From an uncultured Candidatus Saccharibacteria bacterium (lineage in GTDB: Bacteria > Patescibacteriota > Minisyncoccia > UBA6257 > UBA9933): a stretch of DNA of 64,000 bases. The stretch spans positions 24,895 through 88,894 of the forward strand of contig CAYVOL010000001.1 in the NCBI GenBank assembly GCA_964453135.1, in the 5' to 3' direction. The notes below the pieces were generated by a model. The model made no database searches and was not told the origin of the DNA. It worked only from the letters and a program-made list of their open reading frames with translations. Shown piece by piece: positions 9,885 through 20,994 of the stretch. A program made the position numbers and the translations under genes. Within the stretch, counting starts at the first letter, position 1. Each line of letters begins with the position of its first letter.

Positions 9885-10337
9885 TTATAATTCTTGCCGC
9901 TTTAAGAAAATCGCCAAAGCGTTAAACAGCAAAAAGCCGAAAAGCAAATTATAAAAAATTTCTTTGGCCAACAAAGGAGTTAAGATCAGGGAAGGAAAAG
10001 TAAAAAGGTAGAGAGAAAAAGTGAAAAGAGAAATTAAAAATAAGCCGCTGACAGCGGGATGCCAGGGAAGATATTTTTTGACAACCACAGCGGCAAGCGC
10101 TAACAAAGAGAAAATAAGCAGTTCTTTTTCAGCAGAGGGGGAAAATTTAATAAGGAAAGCAATTAAAGAGACAAAAAACAAACTTTCCCAAAAATCGGCG
10201 GTAAAAAAAAGAATGGAAACCAAAGCAACCAAAGGCAGATTTGGCTTCGATCCCCAAAACGGAGGAATTATAAATTGCGCTAGCGAGAAGGCAACCGACA
10301 CGAATAATAAAATAATAAAACGATAATAATTTCTCAT
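9885..10337 (-). CDS. Small polytopic membrane protein (4-5 TM), unknown function, coupled to the dnaJ stop
   Basis: Hydrophobic throughout. Overlaps the dnaJ stop by 4 nt. Confidence 0.4.
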   Translation of the reverse strand: MRNYYRFIILLFVSVAFSLAQFIIPPFWGSKPNLPLVALVSILFFTADFWESLFFVSLIAFLIKFSPSAEKELLIFSLLALAAVVVKKYLPWHPAVSGLFLISLFTFSLYLFTFPSLILTPLLAKEIFYNLLFGFLLFNALAIFLKRQEL

Positions 10338-11455
10338 TCCATTTCTTCTCCCAGATCTTTAAACAATTGTTTGGCTTTATGGCTGATTTTTTTGGGAGTT
10401 TTCACGCTAACAATGACAATTAAATCTCCCCGGCCCGAACGGTTAAAACGCGGCATTCCTTCGCCGTGAATTTTCAGCGGCTCGCCCAAAGTAAAATCAG
10501 GGGGCAGGGAAATTTTTAGAACATTTCCGGAAAGATGCGGAATTTCCAGTTTATGAGATTCATCGGACAGAAGACGCAACAGTTCCGACAAGGGAATATT
10601 TTTACGGATGATTAAATCGTCTCCCTGGCGGACAAATTCTTTGTGCGGCTTAACGGTTATTCTTACGAAGAGGTCGCCCGCGCCGGTGCCGCGCTCGCCT
10701 GCTTCTCCTTTTTCTTTTACCTGAATAATCTGTCCGGCGGCAATGCCCGGAATGATTTTTATTTTGACAACAACTTCGGCCATCATTCTTCCTTTCCCCT
10801 GGCAGGCATCGCAATTTTTCTTGGCGATTTTGCCAGAGCCATGGCAATTGGCGCATTCTCTTACTTCGGAGAAAGAACCGAAAAAAGTGCTTCGTTTTTC
10901 CCGAATCTCTCCTTTACCTCCGCAAACCTCGCACTGATGAAGCCCGGCAGAGGAATCATAACCAAGACCTTTGCACTTTTCGCATTTTACGTAAGTCCGA
11001 TAGTGCAATTCTTTCTCCGCGCCCTTAAAAGCTTCTTCTAAAGTAATTTCTAAAATTGCCTCAATGTCAGCTCCGGCGCGGCGGGTTTTTTCTCGTGTCC
11101 GCGCAGAGCCCGCGCCGCCCATTCCGCGGAAAAACATTTCTATCACATCGTCCAAATTGCCGAAGTTAACATTTTCCTCGCCGCCGAGATCGCCAAAATC
11201 AAACCCAAAGCCGAAAGGACTCCCGCCCGCGCCGAAACCGCCGGCGCCTTGGTCAAATGTCCGGCCGTATTTATCGTATTGCGCTCTTTTGTTTTTATCC
11301 GACAGCACCTGATAGGCTTCGTTGATTTCTTTGAATTTTTTTTCATCGCCTCCGGATTTGTCCGGATGATATTTGTGCGCCAGCTTACGAAAAGCTTTTT
11401 TAATTTCTTCTTCCGAAGCGTTCTTCGGAACGCCCAGAATTTCGTAATAATTCAT
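10334..11455 (-). CDS. dnaJ: Chaperone DnaJ
   Basis: J-domain with HPD (YHPDK), G/F region, four CxxCxGxG zinc-finger repeats. Confidence 0.9.
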   Translation of the reverse strand: MNYYEILGVPKNASEEEIKKAFRKLAHKYHPDKSGGDEKKFKEINEAYQVLSDKNKRAQYDKYGRTFDQGAGGFGAGGSPFGFGFDFGDLGGEENVNFGNLDDVIEMFFRGMGGAGSARTREKTRRAGADIEAILEITLEEAFKGAEKELHYRTYVKCEKCKGLGYDSSAGLHQCEVCGGKGEIREKRSTFFGSFSEVRECANCHGSGKIAKKNCDACQGKGRMMAEVVVKIKIIPGIAAGQIIQVKEKGEAGERGTGAGDLFVRITVKPHKEFVRQGDDLIIRKNIPLSELLRLLSDESHKLEIPHLSGNVLKISLPPDFTLGEPLKIHGEGMPRFNRSGRGDLIVIVSVKTPKKISHKAKQLFKDLGEEME

Positions 11456-11605
11456 CTTTTAATAAACTAGAATGCCAAAACTCAACCCAAATTATCATTT
11501 TGCATTTTGAGGCCTGAAATTTCAATTTATATTATTATATATAAGATTTCATGGCCTTGTTTATGCTTTGCATCGTTGTTTTTTATTATTATTCTGCTTT
11601 ATTGC

Positions 11606-11822
11606 TATCCTGAACGTCTTTGTCATCTTGAGTTTTTTGTTTGTCATCCTGAGTCCCGCTTAGCGGGACGAAGGATCTCGTAAGATTCTTCTCCGCCAGT
11701 TGGCGGAGCCGGTTGGCGAATCAGAATGACAGAGGGTCGGAACTCATAATGACAGGGGGCTATCGGGAACAAAAATAGTCAATGTTTTGAACGTAAACAA
11801 CGCTATGAAATCTTACATATTA
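11606..11822 (+). mobile_element. MITE-like element, copy 5 (near full length: core plus right TIR)
   Basis: Core tgtcatcctgagtcccgcttagcgggacgaaggatctcgtaagattcttctccgccagttggcggagccggttggcgaatcagaatgaca. Right TIR caatgttttgaacgtaaacaacgctatgaaatcttacatatta at 11780-11822. Confidence 0.75.
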
Positions 11823-11826
11823 TATC

Positions 11827-12858
11827 TTACACAATCACTTTTTCTTTAGGCCTGTCCACTATCTGAATATGGGAAAAATTGCTCATCAAAAGAATCTGAT
11901 AAACGATAAAAGCAAGGAAGGCTATGACTCCGCGGAGAATAAAAGCCATACTTTCAATGCTTAAAAATATGATTGCTCCGAAAACGGCGTAAATAATATC
12001 TTTAACCGGCTGGGAAAGCCCGAAAAATTTTCCCTTCGCCGCTTCGTAGATAAAAGACGGCAGGGTTAATTTGGGATTAACCGGCGCTCCGACCAAATCG
12101 GATATTTTTTTATACAATTCCTTGCTGCTTTCTTTAATAAGCGACTCCTTGACAGCCGGCGGCAGGGCTTTGCTGTTCGCCTGGCTATTGATAGTGTTTT
12201 CAGCCGAATGGCGCGCCCATTCTTCCAGGGTTACAGACGAATTGAAATCAGGCACCCACTGCCCGATGATGCCGGAAGCGGAAGAAAACGCACTTTCAAA
12301 GAATATCTGGGGAATGAAAAAATCTGAATTTTTTTGCCGGTACGACAAAGGAACAGCCGCGGCAATCACCAAAGAAACAGCCAGAATTCCTTTAGGCAAA
12401 ACCAGACGGCTGATTTGATTAAAATTAATCCTCAGCGAATTGCTAATCCACTTGGCGCCGCTTCGATTTCCGTAAACAAGCACGAAAAAAACGATAAAAA
12501 TAAAAGCGGCGGCTGGCCAATAAAAGTTGCCGACAAACAGCGGAGCGGTCATCGCCAAAGCCTGAGCGAAATTAATCAAGCCGACTTCCGTTTCATCTTC
12601 AATAAACAAGCTTTCCAATAAATACAAAACAAGAAATAAAACGGCAAAGACGGCGCTGTACACGAAAGCCGTTAAATCCCGGCTGTTTACGGCGACCTCT
12701 AAATACCAGCTAAACAAAAAAGCGAAGAGAGCGGAAACAAGGCAAAAAATTCCCAGCTTAAGAGAAAAAATCGTGTTGGTAGTATTGTAATGGGAAACGT
12801 TCTTGGGGACAGTCAGCGTTTCAGACTTATTCAGTATGAGGCGGGGCGGTATTTCCAT
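11827..12858 (-). CDS. Polytopic membrane protein of unknown function, inserted between dnaK and dnaJ
   Basis: The ORF-track start at 12942 overlaps the dnaK 3-prime end by 115 nt. Met at 12858 (MEIPPRL) reduces the overlap to 32 nt. Multiple TM helices. Confidence 0.45.
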   Translation of the reverse strand: MEIPPRLILNKSETLTVPKNVSHYNTTNTIFSLKLGIFCLVSALFAFLFSWYLEVAVNSRDLTAFVYSAVFAVLFLVLYLLESLFIEDETEVGLINFAQALAMTAPLFVGNFYWPAAAFIFIVFFVLVYGNRSGAKWISNSLRINFNQISRLVLPKGILAVSLVIAAAVPLSYRQKNSDFFIPQIFFESAFSSASGIIGQWVPDFNSSVTLEEWARHSAENTINSQANSKALPPAVKESLIKESSKELYKKISDLVGAPVNPKLTLPSFIYEAAKGKFFGLSQPVKDIIYAVFGAIIFLSIESMAFILRGVIAFLAFIVYQILLMSNFSHIQIVDRPKEKVIV

Positions 12859-14665
12859 CGTTACTTTGATTATACATCGCTTGCCCGATTTTTTGAAGTT
12901 CTTGGGAAAGCTCTTCCATTTTTGACTTAATGGCTTCCGCATCGCCGCTTTCTTTAAGGGACTTCAATTCGCTTATTTTTGCTTCAATACTGCTTTTAAC
13001 ATCGCCAGCCACTTTGTCTCCGGCTTCTCTTAATGATTTCTCCGCTAGATAAATCATCTGCTCGGCCTGATTTTTAAGTTCCACCAATTCTTTTTTCTTT
13101 TTGTCTTCTTCGGCATGAAGTCCGGCTTCGGTTTTTAATTTTTCAATTTCTTCCTTGGAGAGCTGGGTGGAAGCTTCAATTTTAACGGACTGCGTTTTGC
13201 CAGAGGCCTTATCTTTAGCGGAAACATTCAATATGCCGTTGGCGTCAATGTCAAAAGTCACCTCAATCTGCGGAATCCCCCGAGGAGAAGGAGGAACGCC
13301 GTCCAAGATAAATCTTCCCAAAGTTTTATTGTCGCTCGCCATGGCGCGTTCTCCCTGCAAGATATGAATTTCCACAGAAGTCTGGTTGTCCGCGGCCGTG
13401 GAAAACGTCTGCGATTTCTGCGTGGGGATAGTCGTGTTTTTTTCTATCAGCGGAGTAAACACTCCTCCCAATGTTTCAATGCCCAGAGAAAGCGGAATAA
13501 CATCCAAAAGCAAAACGTCTTTCACATCCCCTTGGAAAATTCCGGCTTGCACCGCCGCGCCCACAGCCACCACTTCATCGGGATTGATTCCCCGGTGCGG
13601 CTCTTTGCCGAACAAATTTTTTACCGCTTCCTGAATTTTCGGCATCCTGGTTTGCCCTCCCACTAAAATGATTTCATTGATATCAGAAAGCTGGAAGCCG
13701 GCTTCCTTGACGATTTTTTCCGTAATTTCAACGGAACGCTTAATAAATCCTTCGGTTAATTCCTCTAATTTAGCGCGGGTTAATTTTATCAGAAAATGTT
13801 TGGGACCGGCCGCGTCGGAAGTAATATAGGGAAGATTGATTTCCGTTTCAAAAGCAGTGGAAAGCTCGTGCTTGGCGCGCTCCGCCGCTTCTTTCAGGCG
13901 CTGCAAGGCCAGAGGGTCGCCGGACAAATTAACGCCTTCCTGTTTTTTGTATTCGGCGACAAGATATTCAATCAAATTTTTATCCAAATCATCTCCGCCC
14001 AAATGCGTGTCGCCGCCCGTGGCTTTCACTTCCACCACGTCATCGCCGATTTCCAAAACAGAAACGTCAAAAGTGCCTCCGCCAAAGTCATAAACGACAA
14101 TCTTTTCGTTTTTCTGCCTATTGAGCCCGTAAGCCAAAGCCGCGGCTGTCGGTTCATTAATAATTCTTCTCACTTTAAATCCGGCGATTTCTCCGGCATT
14201 TTTCGTAGCTTGCCTTTGGGAATCGTCAAAATAAGCGGGCACGGTGATAACCGCTTCTTCAATTTTTTCTCCCAGTTTCGCTTCGGCGTCGGTTTTTAAT
14301 TTCGCCAAAATCATAGCCGAAATTTCTTCCGGCTTGTACCAGCGGTCTCCCATTTTTACTTCCACTCCGCCCGAGGAAGAACTATTGATATCGTAAGGAA
14401 GCCACGCCTTGTCGCGCTGAACTTCCGGGTCATCAAACTTTCTGCCAATCAAACGTTTAACGGAAAAAATAGTGTTTTTCGGGTTGACCACGGACTGCCT
14501 TTTTGCCAGCATACCCGCCAGCCTTTCCCCCGCTTTGCTGACAGCCACAATGGAAGGGGTGGTGCGCGCTCCTTCGTGATTTTCTAAAATTTTCGGCTCT
14601 CCGCCTTCCACGACAGCCATGGCGGAGTTGGTAGTGCCTAAATCAATGCCAATTATCTTTGCCAT
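12827..14665 (-). CDS. dnaK: Chaperone DnaK (Hsp70)
   Basis: [28 protein letters not shown] signatures. Confidence 0.95.
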   Translation of the reverse strand: MAKIIGIDLGTTNSAMAVVEGGEPKILENHEGARTTPSIVAVSKAGERLAGMLAKRQSVVNPKNTIFSVKRLIGRKFDDPEVQRDKAWLPYDINSSSSGGVEVKMGDRWYKPEEISAMILAKLKTDAEAKLGEKIEEAVITVPAYFDDSQRQATKNAGEIAGFKVRRIINEPTAAALAYGLNRQKNEKIVVYDFGGGTFDVSVLEIGDDVVEVKATGGDTHLGGDDLDKNLIEYLVAEYKKQEGVNLSGDPLALQRLKEAAERAKHELSTAFETEINLPYITSDAAGPKHFLIKLTRAKLEELTEGFIKRSVEITEKIVKEAGFQLSDINEIILVGGQTRMPKIQEAVKNLFGKEPHRGINPDEVVAVGAAVQAGIFQGDVKDVLLLDVIPLSLGIETLGGVFTPLIEKNTTIPTQKSQTFSTAADNQTSVEIHILQGERAMASDNKTLGRFILDGVPPSPRGIPQIEVTFDIDANGILNVSAKDKASGKTQSVKIEASTQLSKEEIEKLKTEAGLHAEEDKKKKELVELKNQAEQMIYLAEKSLREAGDKVAGDVKSSIEAKISELKSLKESGDAEAIKSKMEELSQELQKIGQAMYNQSNDGNTAPPHTE

Positions 14666-14767
14666 ACAATTTCTAAAATTTAAGAATTAGAATTCGGGAT
14701 TCAGAATTTAGGATTTGGGAAATTAAATCTCAATTCTAACTGCCGAATACTAATTCCCTTTTTATCT

Positions 14768-15265
14768 TTATTTCGCCACTTTTACTCTCGCGGGCCTGAT
14801 GAGTTTGCCGTGTAGCAAATATCCTCTTTCAATTTCTTCTATTATTGTGCCCGATGGCTTATCCGACTCTATTTCCGCGACTGCTTCCTGCAAAGAAGGA
14901 TCAAACGGATGGTCTATGGAAATGATTACTTTTTCCAGCCCGTAATTTTTCAAAACATCTTCCAGCTGGGATTTGATAAGATAAATTCCCTTTTCCGCTT
15001 TGCCTTCTTTTTCCAGAGTTATTAATGCCAGGTCAAAACTATCCAAAACAGCGATTAGTTCGCGGATAATTTGTTCATTGGCAAATTGAGATAGCGTTTC
15101 AAAACGTTTGGCTTCGTCTTTTTTATAGTTAATTATCTCGGCCCGCGCTCTTTGCCAGCCGTCCAAATATTCCGCCCTCTCTTTCTGACATCGGGCAAGT
15201 TCGTCCGATTCCCCGCTGCTGTTTGGCTGACCGGCCGCCTCGCCGTTTTTTGTGTTTTCATCCAT
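14768..15265 (-). CDS. grpE: Nucleotide exchange factor GrpE
   Basis: 165 aa, coiled-coil N-terminus, C-terminal GrpE fold. Immediately upstream of dnaK. Confidence 0.8.
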   Translation of the reverse strand: MDENTKNGEAAGQPNSSGESDELARCQKERAEYLDGWQRARAEIINYKKDEAKRFETLSQFANEQIIRELIAVLDSFDLALITLEKEGKAEKGIYLIKSQLEDVLKNYGLEKVIISIDHPFDPSLQEAVAEIESDKPSGTIIEEIERGYLLHGKLIRPARVKVAK

Positions 15266-15314
15266 AACTTATAAATATAAAAATAAATTTTTTGTTGTCA
15301 ACCCCACAATGGGG

Positions 15315-15953
15315 TCAGTCGTTGGCGGTTGCGCGCGCCTCGGCATTTTTATAGCGCCAATACAGCCAATAAACGGCTGTCCCAAAAACCATCGCAACAA
15401 TCAGATAATCAAAGCGGTGGAAATAAACAGCCAAAACATTCCAGTTGCTTCCCAAAATGACTCCTGTTTCCGTCAAAATAAGACACCAAAAGAAAGAACC
15501 AAGGAAAGTTAAAAGGGAAAATCTTGCCAGATCAATTTTCATTATTCCGGCGGGAAAGGAAATAAAAGTACGCGCCACGGGCAACAAGCGGCTGGCAAAA
15601 ACAGCGACGTCTCCCCACTTGTCAAGCCATTCCCTCCCCCGTTCCGCTTCCTGGTTTATTTTGTGATTATTCCACTTCAAAACATTGCGGCTCGCTAAAC
15701 TTCCGAGCCAATACGAAAACAGCGAGCCGGCAAGATTCCCGAAAGCGCCGGCTAAAACAACAAGCCAGAAATTAAATCCGCCGGCCGGCAAACCGCCGAA
15801 AGCAGAGGCGGAAGAAATCAAAAAACCGGAAAACGGCATTATTATTTCCGAAGGAACCGGGATGTTAGCAGACTCCAAAGCCATTAAAACAAAAATTCCG
15901 AAATATCCGCTGGCGGCTATGATTTTCAAAACAAATTGAGCGATAATTTCCAT
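15315..15953 (-). CDS. DedA/VTT-family membrane protein
   Basis: YFGIFVLMALESANIPVPSEIIMPFSGFL, the typical DedA N-terminal motif. Confidence 0.7.
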   Translation of the reverse strand: MEIIAQFVLKIIAASGYFGIFVLMALESANIPVPSEIIMPFSGFLISSASAFGGLPAGGFNFWLVVLAGAFGNLAGSLFSYWLGSLASRNVLKWNNHKINQEAERGREWLDKWGDVAVFASRLLPVARTFISFPAGIMKIDLARFSLLTFLGSFFWCLILTETGVILGSNWNVLAVYFHRFDYLIVAMVFGTAVYWLYWRYKNAEARATAND

Positions 15954-16008
15954 AGGTTAAGTATCAAGTATCAGGTATCAGGTATTAAATATTTAATGCG
16001 AAAGGGGG

Positions 16009-17007
16009 CTATCTTAAAATTTTGGCGGCGTAATCCGGGTCAATGGAATTGATGTCAATGCCGGTGCCCAGCTCAAAGCCGCCGGGGGTGCTGAATTTCG
16101 GCAGAATTTCAATGTGCCAGTGATAATGCCGGTACTTTTTCTTGTCACGCAAAGGCGAAGTGTGGATATAAAAATTATAATCCGGGTCATTAAGCTTGCT
16201 TTCCATTTTTTTCAAAGATTTTTGCAAAGCTTCCACGACACCGGCCATAACATCGGAAGAAGTATCTTCAAAATAAGGAAGGTGTTTTTTGGGAAAAATC
16301 CTTAATTCAAACGAGGCGCGAGAGACAAACGGAGCGAACACCGCGGCGAATTTATTTTCGTAAACAATTCTCTTTTTTTCTTTCAGCTCCCAGTCAAGCA
16401 TCGCGCAATGCACGCATTTTTTGTGTTTGGCGTAATAGTCAGCCGACCCTTGCAAAGAATGCTCCACGTCCGGCGGCACAATGGGCAAAGCGATTATCTG
16501 ATAGTGCGGATGATAAACGCTGGCGCCGGCTCTCGGCCCCCAGCTGTGAAAAATAGAGGCATAATTCAGACAATAATCGTTGGCTAAAATTTTATAATAA
16601 TCCGCGAAAGCCTTGAAAACCAGATTGGCTGTTTTTTTGCTGAGCCGCGGAAAATTGTCGTGATGATGGCGAGTGATGACTAAATTATGATGGCCGATGC
16701 CGTCCATCACCGAATAAGGTCCTTTCTTTCCTGTTTGGGCGCAAACATTAATATGAGTGAAGGCCGGATATTTATTTTCTATAACCACCACTTCCCAGTC
16801 ATGGGAATTCTGATATTTCAATACCGGCGGATGATGGCCGCTTTTTTCTAAATTTTCAAAAGGGCATTCTTTAACCGGAGTTTTAATCCGCTTTGTCCTT
16901 TTGCCAGCGGTAAGCTGATTCGGTTTTTTGGCTCGTCCCGGAGCGATGACAATCCAATCGCCGGAAACGATATCTTGGCGAAATTCGCTGTCCATAAAAA
17001 AATTCAA
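16009..17007 (-). CDS. Galactose-1-phosphate uridylyltransferase-family (HIT superfamily) nucleotidyltransferase
   Basis: CPFE..GHH zinc motif and HPHYQ (HxHxQ) active-site motif. Confidence 0.65.
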   Translation of the reverse strand: MNFFMDSEFRQDIVSGDWIVIAPGRAKKPNQLTAGKRTKRIKTPVKECPFENLEKSGHHPPVLKYQNSHDWEVVVIENKYPAFTHINVCAQTGKKGPYSVMDGIGHHNLVITRHHHDNFPRLSKKTANLVFKAFADYYKILANDYCLNYASIFHSWGPRAGASVYHPHYQIIALPIVPPDVEHSLQGSADYYAKHKKCVHCAMLDWELKEKKRIVYENKFAAVFAPFVSRASFELRIFPKKHLPYFEDTSSDVMAGVVEALQKSLKKMESKLNDPDYNFYIHTSPLRDKKKYRHYHWHIEILPKFSTPGGFELGTGIDINSIDPDYAAKILR

Positions 17008-17138
17008 ATCTCAAAACGCAAAACTCAAAATCATAACCTTAAAATCTCTACTAATCGAAAAGACTAATTTAGTTTCAAAGTTTTAAGTTTCAATTTTGAC
17101 ATTTGATTAAGATAATTATGCGTAGATAATCAACCTGC

Positions 17139-18386
17139 TTATTTGATATCAATGAGTTTTAAAATTTCCTTCGCGTTAACTAATTTTACTTCCGAGGAAT
17201 TCCTTTTTTTAATTTCAATTTTATCCCCTGTTTTATCGCTCACCACCAGCCGCCAAGGAATTCCGATTAAATCCGCGTCGGCGAATTTTTCTCCGGCGGT
17301 CGCGTCCAACCGGTCGTCATATAATACTTCAATTCCGGCTTTATGCCAATTATCATAAATTTTTTTAGCAAATTCTCTGACTTCCGGTTTGGAACTTTTA
17401 ATTTCTACGAGATGCGCCTGAAACGGCGCCACTGACAACGGCCAGATAATTCCCCGTTCATCGTTATGGACCTCCGCAATCGTTCCCATCAAACGATTTA
17501 TTCCTATTCCATAACAGCCCATCATCACGTCTTGTTTTTCTCCTTTCTCGTCCCGATACTTCAAATTAAACGGCGCGGAGTATTTTGTTTTTAACTTAAA
17601 AATGTTTCCCACCTCAATCGCTTTTTCCTCTTTCAATTTTTCATTCCCGCATTGAGGACATGCCTTTTGATCTTTGATAATCTCTTTATTGACGGCAACG
17701 CGGCATTTGGAACATAAATAAATAATATCTTCTCCAGCCGGAGTCAGTGTCTGAAATTCATGGGAGTATTTCGCGAATGTTCCGCCGGAAGCGAAAGTTA
17801 AATAGGTCAAATCAGCGATGCCGGTTCTTTGAAAAATCTTGAAATAAACGGCCTTCACTTTTTCGTAATAATCATCCAGGTCGCTTTCGTTTTTGTGGAA
17901 AGAATACAAATCTTTCATCAAAAATTCCCGGCCGCGCAAAATGCCCGATTTCACCCGTTTTTCGTCGCGAAATTTATTTTGAATTTGGAAAACATATTGC
18001 GGCAAATCTTTATAAGAAGAAATAAACTTCGCCATCAAAGGAGAAACGATTTCCTCGTGCGTAGGCGAAAGCGCGTATTCGTTTTTAGAATAAAAACTCT
18101 TGAACTTGAAAAGAGAATCGTAGGTTTCCCAGCGTCCGGTCTCTTGCCAGTTTGCTTTCGGATGGAGAGAGGGCATCAGGATTTCCCGACCGCCGACGTT
18201 AATCATTTCCTCTCGGATGATGTTTTCAATTTTTTTCAAAACGAGGAATCCCAGGGGCAGAAAAGTGTAAACGCCGGCCATCAATTTATCAATAAACCCG
18301 GCCTGGATTAAAAGCCGGGCATTTCTCGCTTCCTCGTCTTTAGGAAATTCCCGTTTTGTTTTAGAAAAAAGTTGGGATTGAAGCAT
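17139..18386 (-). CDS. proS: Proline--tRNA ligase (short form lacking the editing insertion)
   Basis: The N-terminus matches ProRS (ARLLIQAGFIDKLMAGVYTFLPLGFLVLKKIENIIREEM...ILMPSLHP). Class II motifs are present. Confidence 0.7.
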   Translation of the reverse strand: MLQSQLFSKTKREFPKDEEARNARLLIQAGFIDKLMAGVYTFLPLGFLVLKKIENIIREEMINVGGREILMPSLHPKANWQETGRWETYDSLFKFKSFYSKNEYALSPTHEEIVSPLMAKFISSYKDLPQYVFQIQNKFRDEKRVKSGILRGREFLMKDLYSFHKNESDLDDYYEKVKAVYFKIFQRTGIADLTYLTFASGGTFAKYSHEFQTLTPAGEDIIYLCSKCRVAVNKEIIKDQKACPQCGNEKLKEEKAIEVGNIFKLKTKYSAPFNLKYRDEKGEKQDVMMGCYGIGINRLMGTIAEVHNDERGIIWPLSVAPFQAHLVEIKSSKPEVREFAKKIYDNWHKAGIEVLYDDRLDATAGEKFADADLIGIPWRLVVSDKTGDKIEIKKRNSSEVKLVNAKEILKLIDIK

Positions 18387-18412
18387 AAAAATTCATAAAA
18401 ATTGCATAAAGA

Positions 18413-19387
18413 TTATTGGGTGGCAGGTTTTTCGCGCTTCAGCGGCTGGGCGTGAATAAAACAAAGCTCGCCGTGAATTTTATGATCGTTGTAAGCGGAG
18501 GTGGCGGCGACCGCACCCATTGCCGCGGCGGTGATATCCTGCTTGAAATTTCCGAAATGATTGGTAATATCTCCGGCGGCGAATACTCCGTCAATGTTGG
18601 TTTTCATCATATTGTCAACTTTAATGTATCCGCGCTCGTCCAACTCAACGCCCAAAGATTCGACAAGGTCAACATTTGATTCCGCGCCAATTTCAATAAA
18701 TAATCCGTCTACTATCAGCTCGTCAGAATTTTTATATTGGCGAGAAAGGCGCAGTTTTTCCAATTTTTCCTTTCCGATTATTTCTTTCACTTCTGTTTCG
18801 TAAATAATTTCCACCTTATCGCCCAACTTTTTTAGCTGCTCAAGATTGACCGGCTCGGCGCTAACTTCTTTTTCCCGGACAATGAGAAAAATCTTGTTGG
18901 CATACTCAGCCGCCAGAAGCGCTCCTTTTATTGACGCGTCCCCTCCTCCCGCCAGAGCAATGGTTTTTCCCCCATATACCGGAGCGTCGCAGGTAACGCA
19001 ATAATGGACGCCTTTGGACGTCAATTCTTTTTCATTGGGAAGATTCAAGCGGCGCCTTCTTGTGCCCGCGGCGAAAATAATTTCACTTGCCTGATAAGAG
19101 GCTTTATCCGTCAAAACTTCAAAACAATGTTCCTGCCGTTTGACTGCTTTAACTTCGGCGTCTAAAATCTGCGCGCCGAAATTTTCCGCCTGTTTTTTCA
19201 TTGCGTTCATCAACTCAAATCCGTCAATGGATAAAAATCCGGGATAATTTTCAATATTTCCCGCGAGCGAAGTTTCTCCGCCGAATTCCTTGCCGATAAC
19301 CAGCACTTTCAATTGATACCGGCCGCCGTAAATCGCCGCTCCCAAACCGGCTGCTCCGGAACCGATTATTATGAGGTCGTAATTCAT
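18413..19387 (-). CDS. trxB: Thioredoxin-disulfide reductase-like FAD/NAD(P)-dependent oxidoreductase
   Basis: GSGAAG FAD motif, CVTCDAPVYGG redox-active motif region, second GGG NAD(P) motif. Confidence 0.7.
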   Translation of the reverse strand: MNYDLIIIGSGAAGLGAAIYGGRYQLKVLVIGKEFGGETSLAGNIENYPGFLSIDGFELMNAMKKQAENFGAQILDAEVKAVKRQEHCFEVLTDKASYQASEIIFAAGTRRRRLNLPNEKELTSKGVHYCVTCDAPVYGGKTIALAGGGDASIKGALLAAEYANKIFLIVREKEVSAEPVNLEQLKKLGDKVEIIYETEVKEIIGKEKLEKLRLSRQYKNSDELIVDGLFIEIGAESNVDLVESLGVELDERGYIKVDNMMKTNIDGVFAAGDITNHFGNFKQDITAAAMGAVAATSAYNDHKIHGELCFIHAQPLKREKPATQ

Positions 19388-19401
19388 AAAAAACTTTTCT
19401 A

Positions 19402-19638
19402 TTATTTAATGCCGATGATGCTGGAGAGGCTTTCCTTGTCAAAACCGACAACAATTTCCCCTTCAATATCAATCACCGGCACGCCCATCTGGTGTGATTT
19501 GGCGACCATCTCGTCGCGCGCCGCCATATCAGAGGAAACGTCTTTTTCTTCGTATGGGACGTTATTTTCCTTAAAAAAGGCTTTGGTCATCTTGCAATAA
19601 ACGCAAGTGGGAGTTGTGTAGATAATTATTTTTTTCAT
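19402..19638 (-). CDS. Glutaredoxin/NrdH-like small redoxin
   Basis: 78 aa. CVYC active site inside a thioredoxin-fold context (IIIYTTPTCVYCKMTKAF). Confidence 0.7.
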   Translation of the reverse strand: MKKIIIYTTPTCVYCKMTKAFFKENNVPYEEKDVSSDMAARDEMVAKSHQMGVPVIDIEGEIVVGFDKESLSSIIGIK

Positions 19639-19732
19639 ACGCGTTTTATAATTTTAGTTTACTGCTATATCATACAAAAATTTTTGAAAATTGGGAAGGC
19701 AAGGTGGTTGCTATCAATATTCTACAAGAAAT

Positions 19733-19761
19733 CCCCCGCATTCCAAAACAGAATGCGGGGG
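19733..19761 (-). terminator. Hairpin terminator downstream of the ORFan gene 19778..20425
   Basis: cccccgcattccaaaacagaatgcggggg. Confidence 0.5.
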
Positions 19762-19777
19762 ATTGAAATAAGTATGT

Positions 19778-20425
19778 TTAAGCCAGTTGCGGAACAACAA
19801 CCCGACGCCTGTAGACGGCGTACCGAACGTCGTCACGCTCAAACCGGAGGACACGCACGCGGAGCTCGCCACCCGAGTACACGCGCACATACACGCAGGC
19901 AACAAAGAAATGCTCATGCGACTTAAACAAAAAGAATGTCGCGTAGCCGTCGGTTTGGAGCCACCTTCTGTGCCCTTTCACGAAGTCCTTTATCTGGGCT
20001 TGCGTGAGGCACAATTTGTTTGGGTCTGTAGAAATAGACCCGAACATCTGCGCGAAAGTGGCGTCTTTCACCAATTCATAAACTTGGACCGGCATTTCTT
20101 TGGTTGTCGGCCCGGGTGCGTCCGTGCCCCAAAGCCGAAAAGCGCTGTCTATATACGCGAAAACATCTTTCGCGTCTGCCAGAACTTCCTTGCCATCGGT
20201 CGCGCCCAGAATCAGCGCCTCGTCGTTGGAGATGAGACGAACAAATTCATTTCGGCTATTCGATCCCCCCTCTGCGAACCTCCCCTCAATCGCGCCCTGA
20301 AGATGCTTCTTTAGAGCTTCCGCATCGTAGGGATAACCATTTTTCTGCCTCAACTGCCTTCCGATTTCAAATAACTGCCCCGTAATACTCTCGTACAGTT
20401 CGCCCGCGACAATCTGCTTTGCCAT
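19778..20425 (-). CDS. ORFan hypothetical protein in a GC-rich patch (SD aaaggag, ATG start)
   Basis: 215 aa with no motifs I recognise. The local GC elevation also creates a long antisense ORF at 19787..20314, which I treat as an artefact. Confidence 0.5.
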   Translation of the reverse strand: MAKQIVAGELYESITGQLFEIGRQLRQKNGYPYDAEALKKHLQGAIEGRFAEGGSNSRNEFVRLISNDEALILGATDGKEVLADAKDVFAYIDSAFRLWGTDAPGPTTKEMPVQVYELVKDATFAQMFGSISTDPNKLCLTQAQIKDFVKGHRRWLQTDGYATFFLFKSHEHFFVACVYVRVYSGGELRVRVLRFERDDVRYAVYRRRVVVPQLA

Positions 20426-20526
20426 GACGATTCTCCTTTTTCTTTTGTAAATTTACTGCGTTATAAGCCTGTTTTTCGGCGCCATACCGAAGCATTGCTT
20501 ATTTTTAAGCAATAACATTTATTTTA

Positions 20527-20994
20527 TTATTTGTTAATCATTCTGACAAAATTACTCTCCTGCGCGTCCAATTCCCTGTTGACCAGCCAATCCGCTTTTT
20601 TATTTTCTTCTCGCGGAATATGGATAAAATTTACTTTGCCAAAGTCCTGCTTCAAATTCCAGATTTCAATAAAAAAAGGAGTTAAATTTTCTTCTTTCAA
20701 TTTATATTTGCCGTTTAACTGCTTGACAACAAGTTCGCTGTCCGCCCTAACTTCAATTTCCGATTTTTTCGCCGCCTCTTTCCCGATAAGCTGTTTTGCT
20801 TTTTTCAATCCGAAAATTACGGCTTGATATTCTGCTTCGTTGTTTGTGGCAGTGCCCAGAAACTGGCTGTATTCGTGCAAGCCTTTTCCGCGTTTATCAG
20901 CGTCAAGTCCGCGCAAGTCTGCGATGACGCCTATGGCGGAATAACCGGGATTTCCCCGCGATCCGCCGTCGCAATAAATGATTATTTTCTCCAT
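20527..20994 (-). CDS. rnhA: Ribonuclease HI
   Basis: YCDGGSRGNPG N-terminus and catalytic D/E/D context (EAEYQAVIFGL, HIPREENKKADWL). Confidence 0.85.
   Translation of the reverse strand: MEKIIIYCDGGSRGNPGYSAIGVIADLRGLDADKRGKGLHEYSQFLGTATNNEAEYQAVIFGLKKAKQLIGKEAAKKSEIEVRADSELVVKQLNGKYKLKEENLTPFFIEIWNLKQDFGKVNFIHIPREENKKADWLVNRELDAQESNFVRMINK

Noticed and set aside
11456-15314. CIRCE/HrcA operator upstream of grpE, dnaJ or Hsp20
   Set aside because: No TTAGCACTC-N9-GAGTGCTAA-like inverted repeat found by eye in the upstream regions.
17829-18311. 160-aa ORF antisense inside proS, and other antisense ORFs (13796..14299 in dnaK, 43047..43493 in rnj, 47613..48116 in topA)
   Set aside because: They are fully embedded in strongly supported genes with clear catalytic motifs and have no start signals.
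19787-20314. 175-aa plus-strand ORF overlapping the ORFan 19778..20425
   Set aside because: It has no SD or promoter context. The minus-strand ORF has an SD plus ATG and a downstream terminator.
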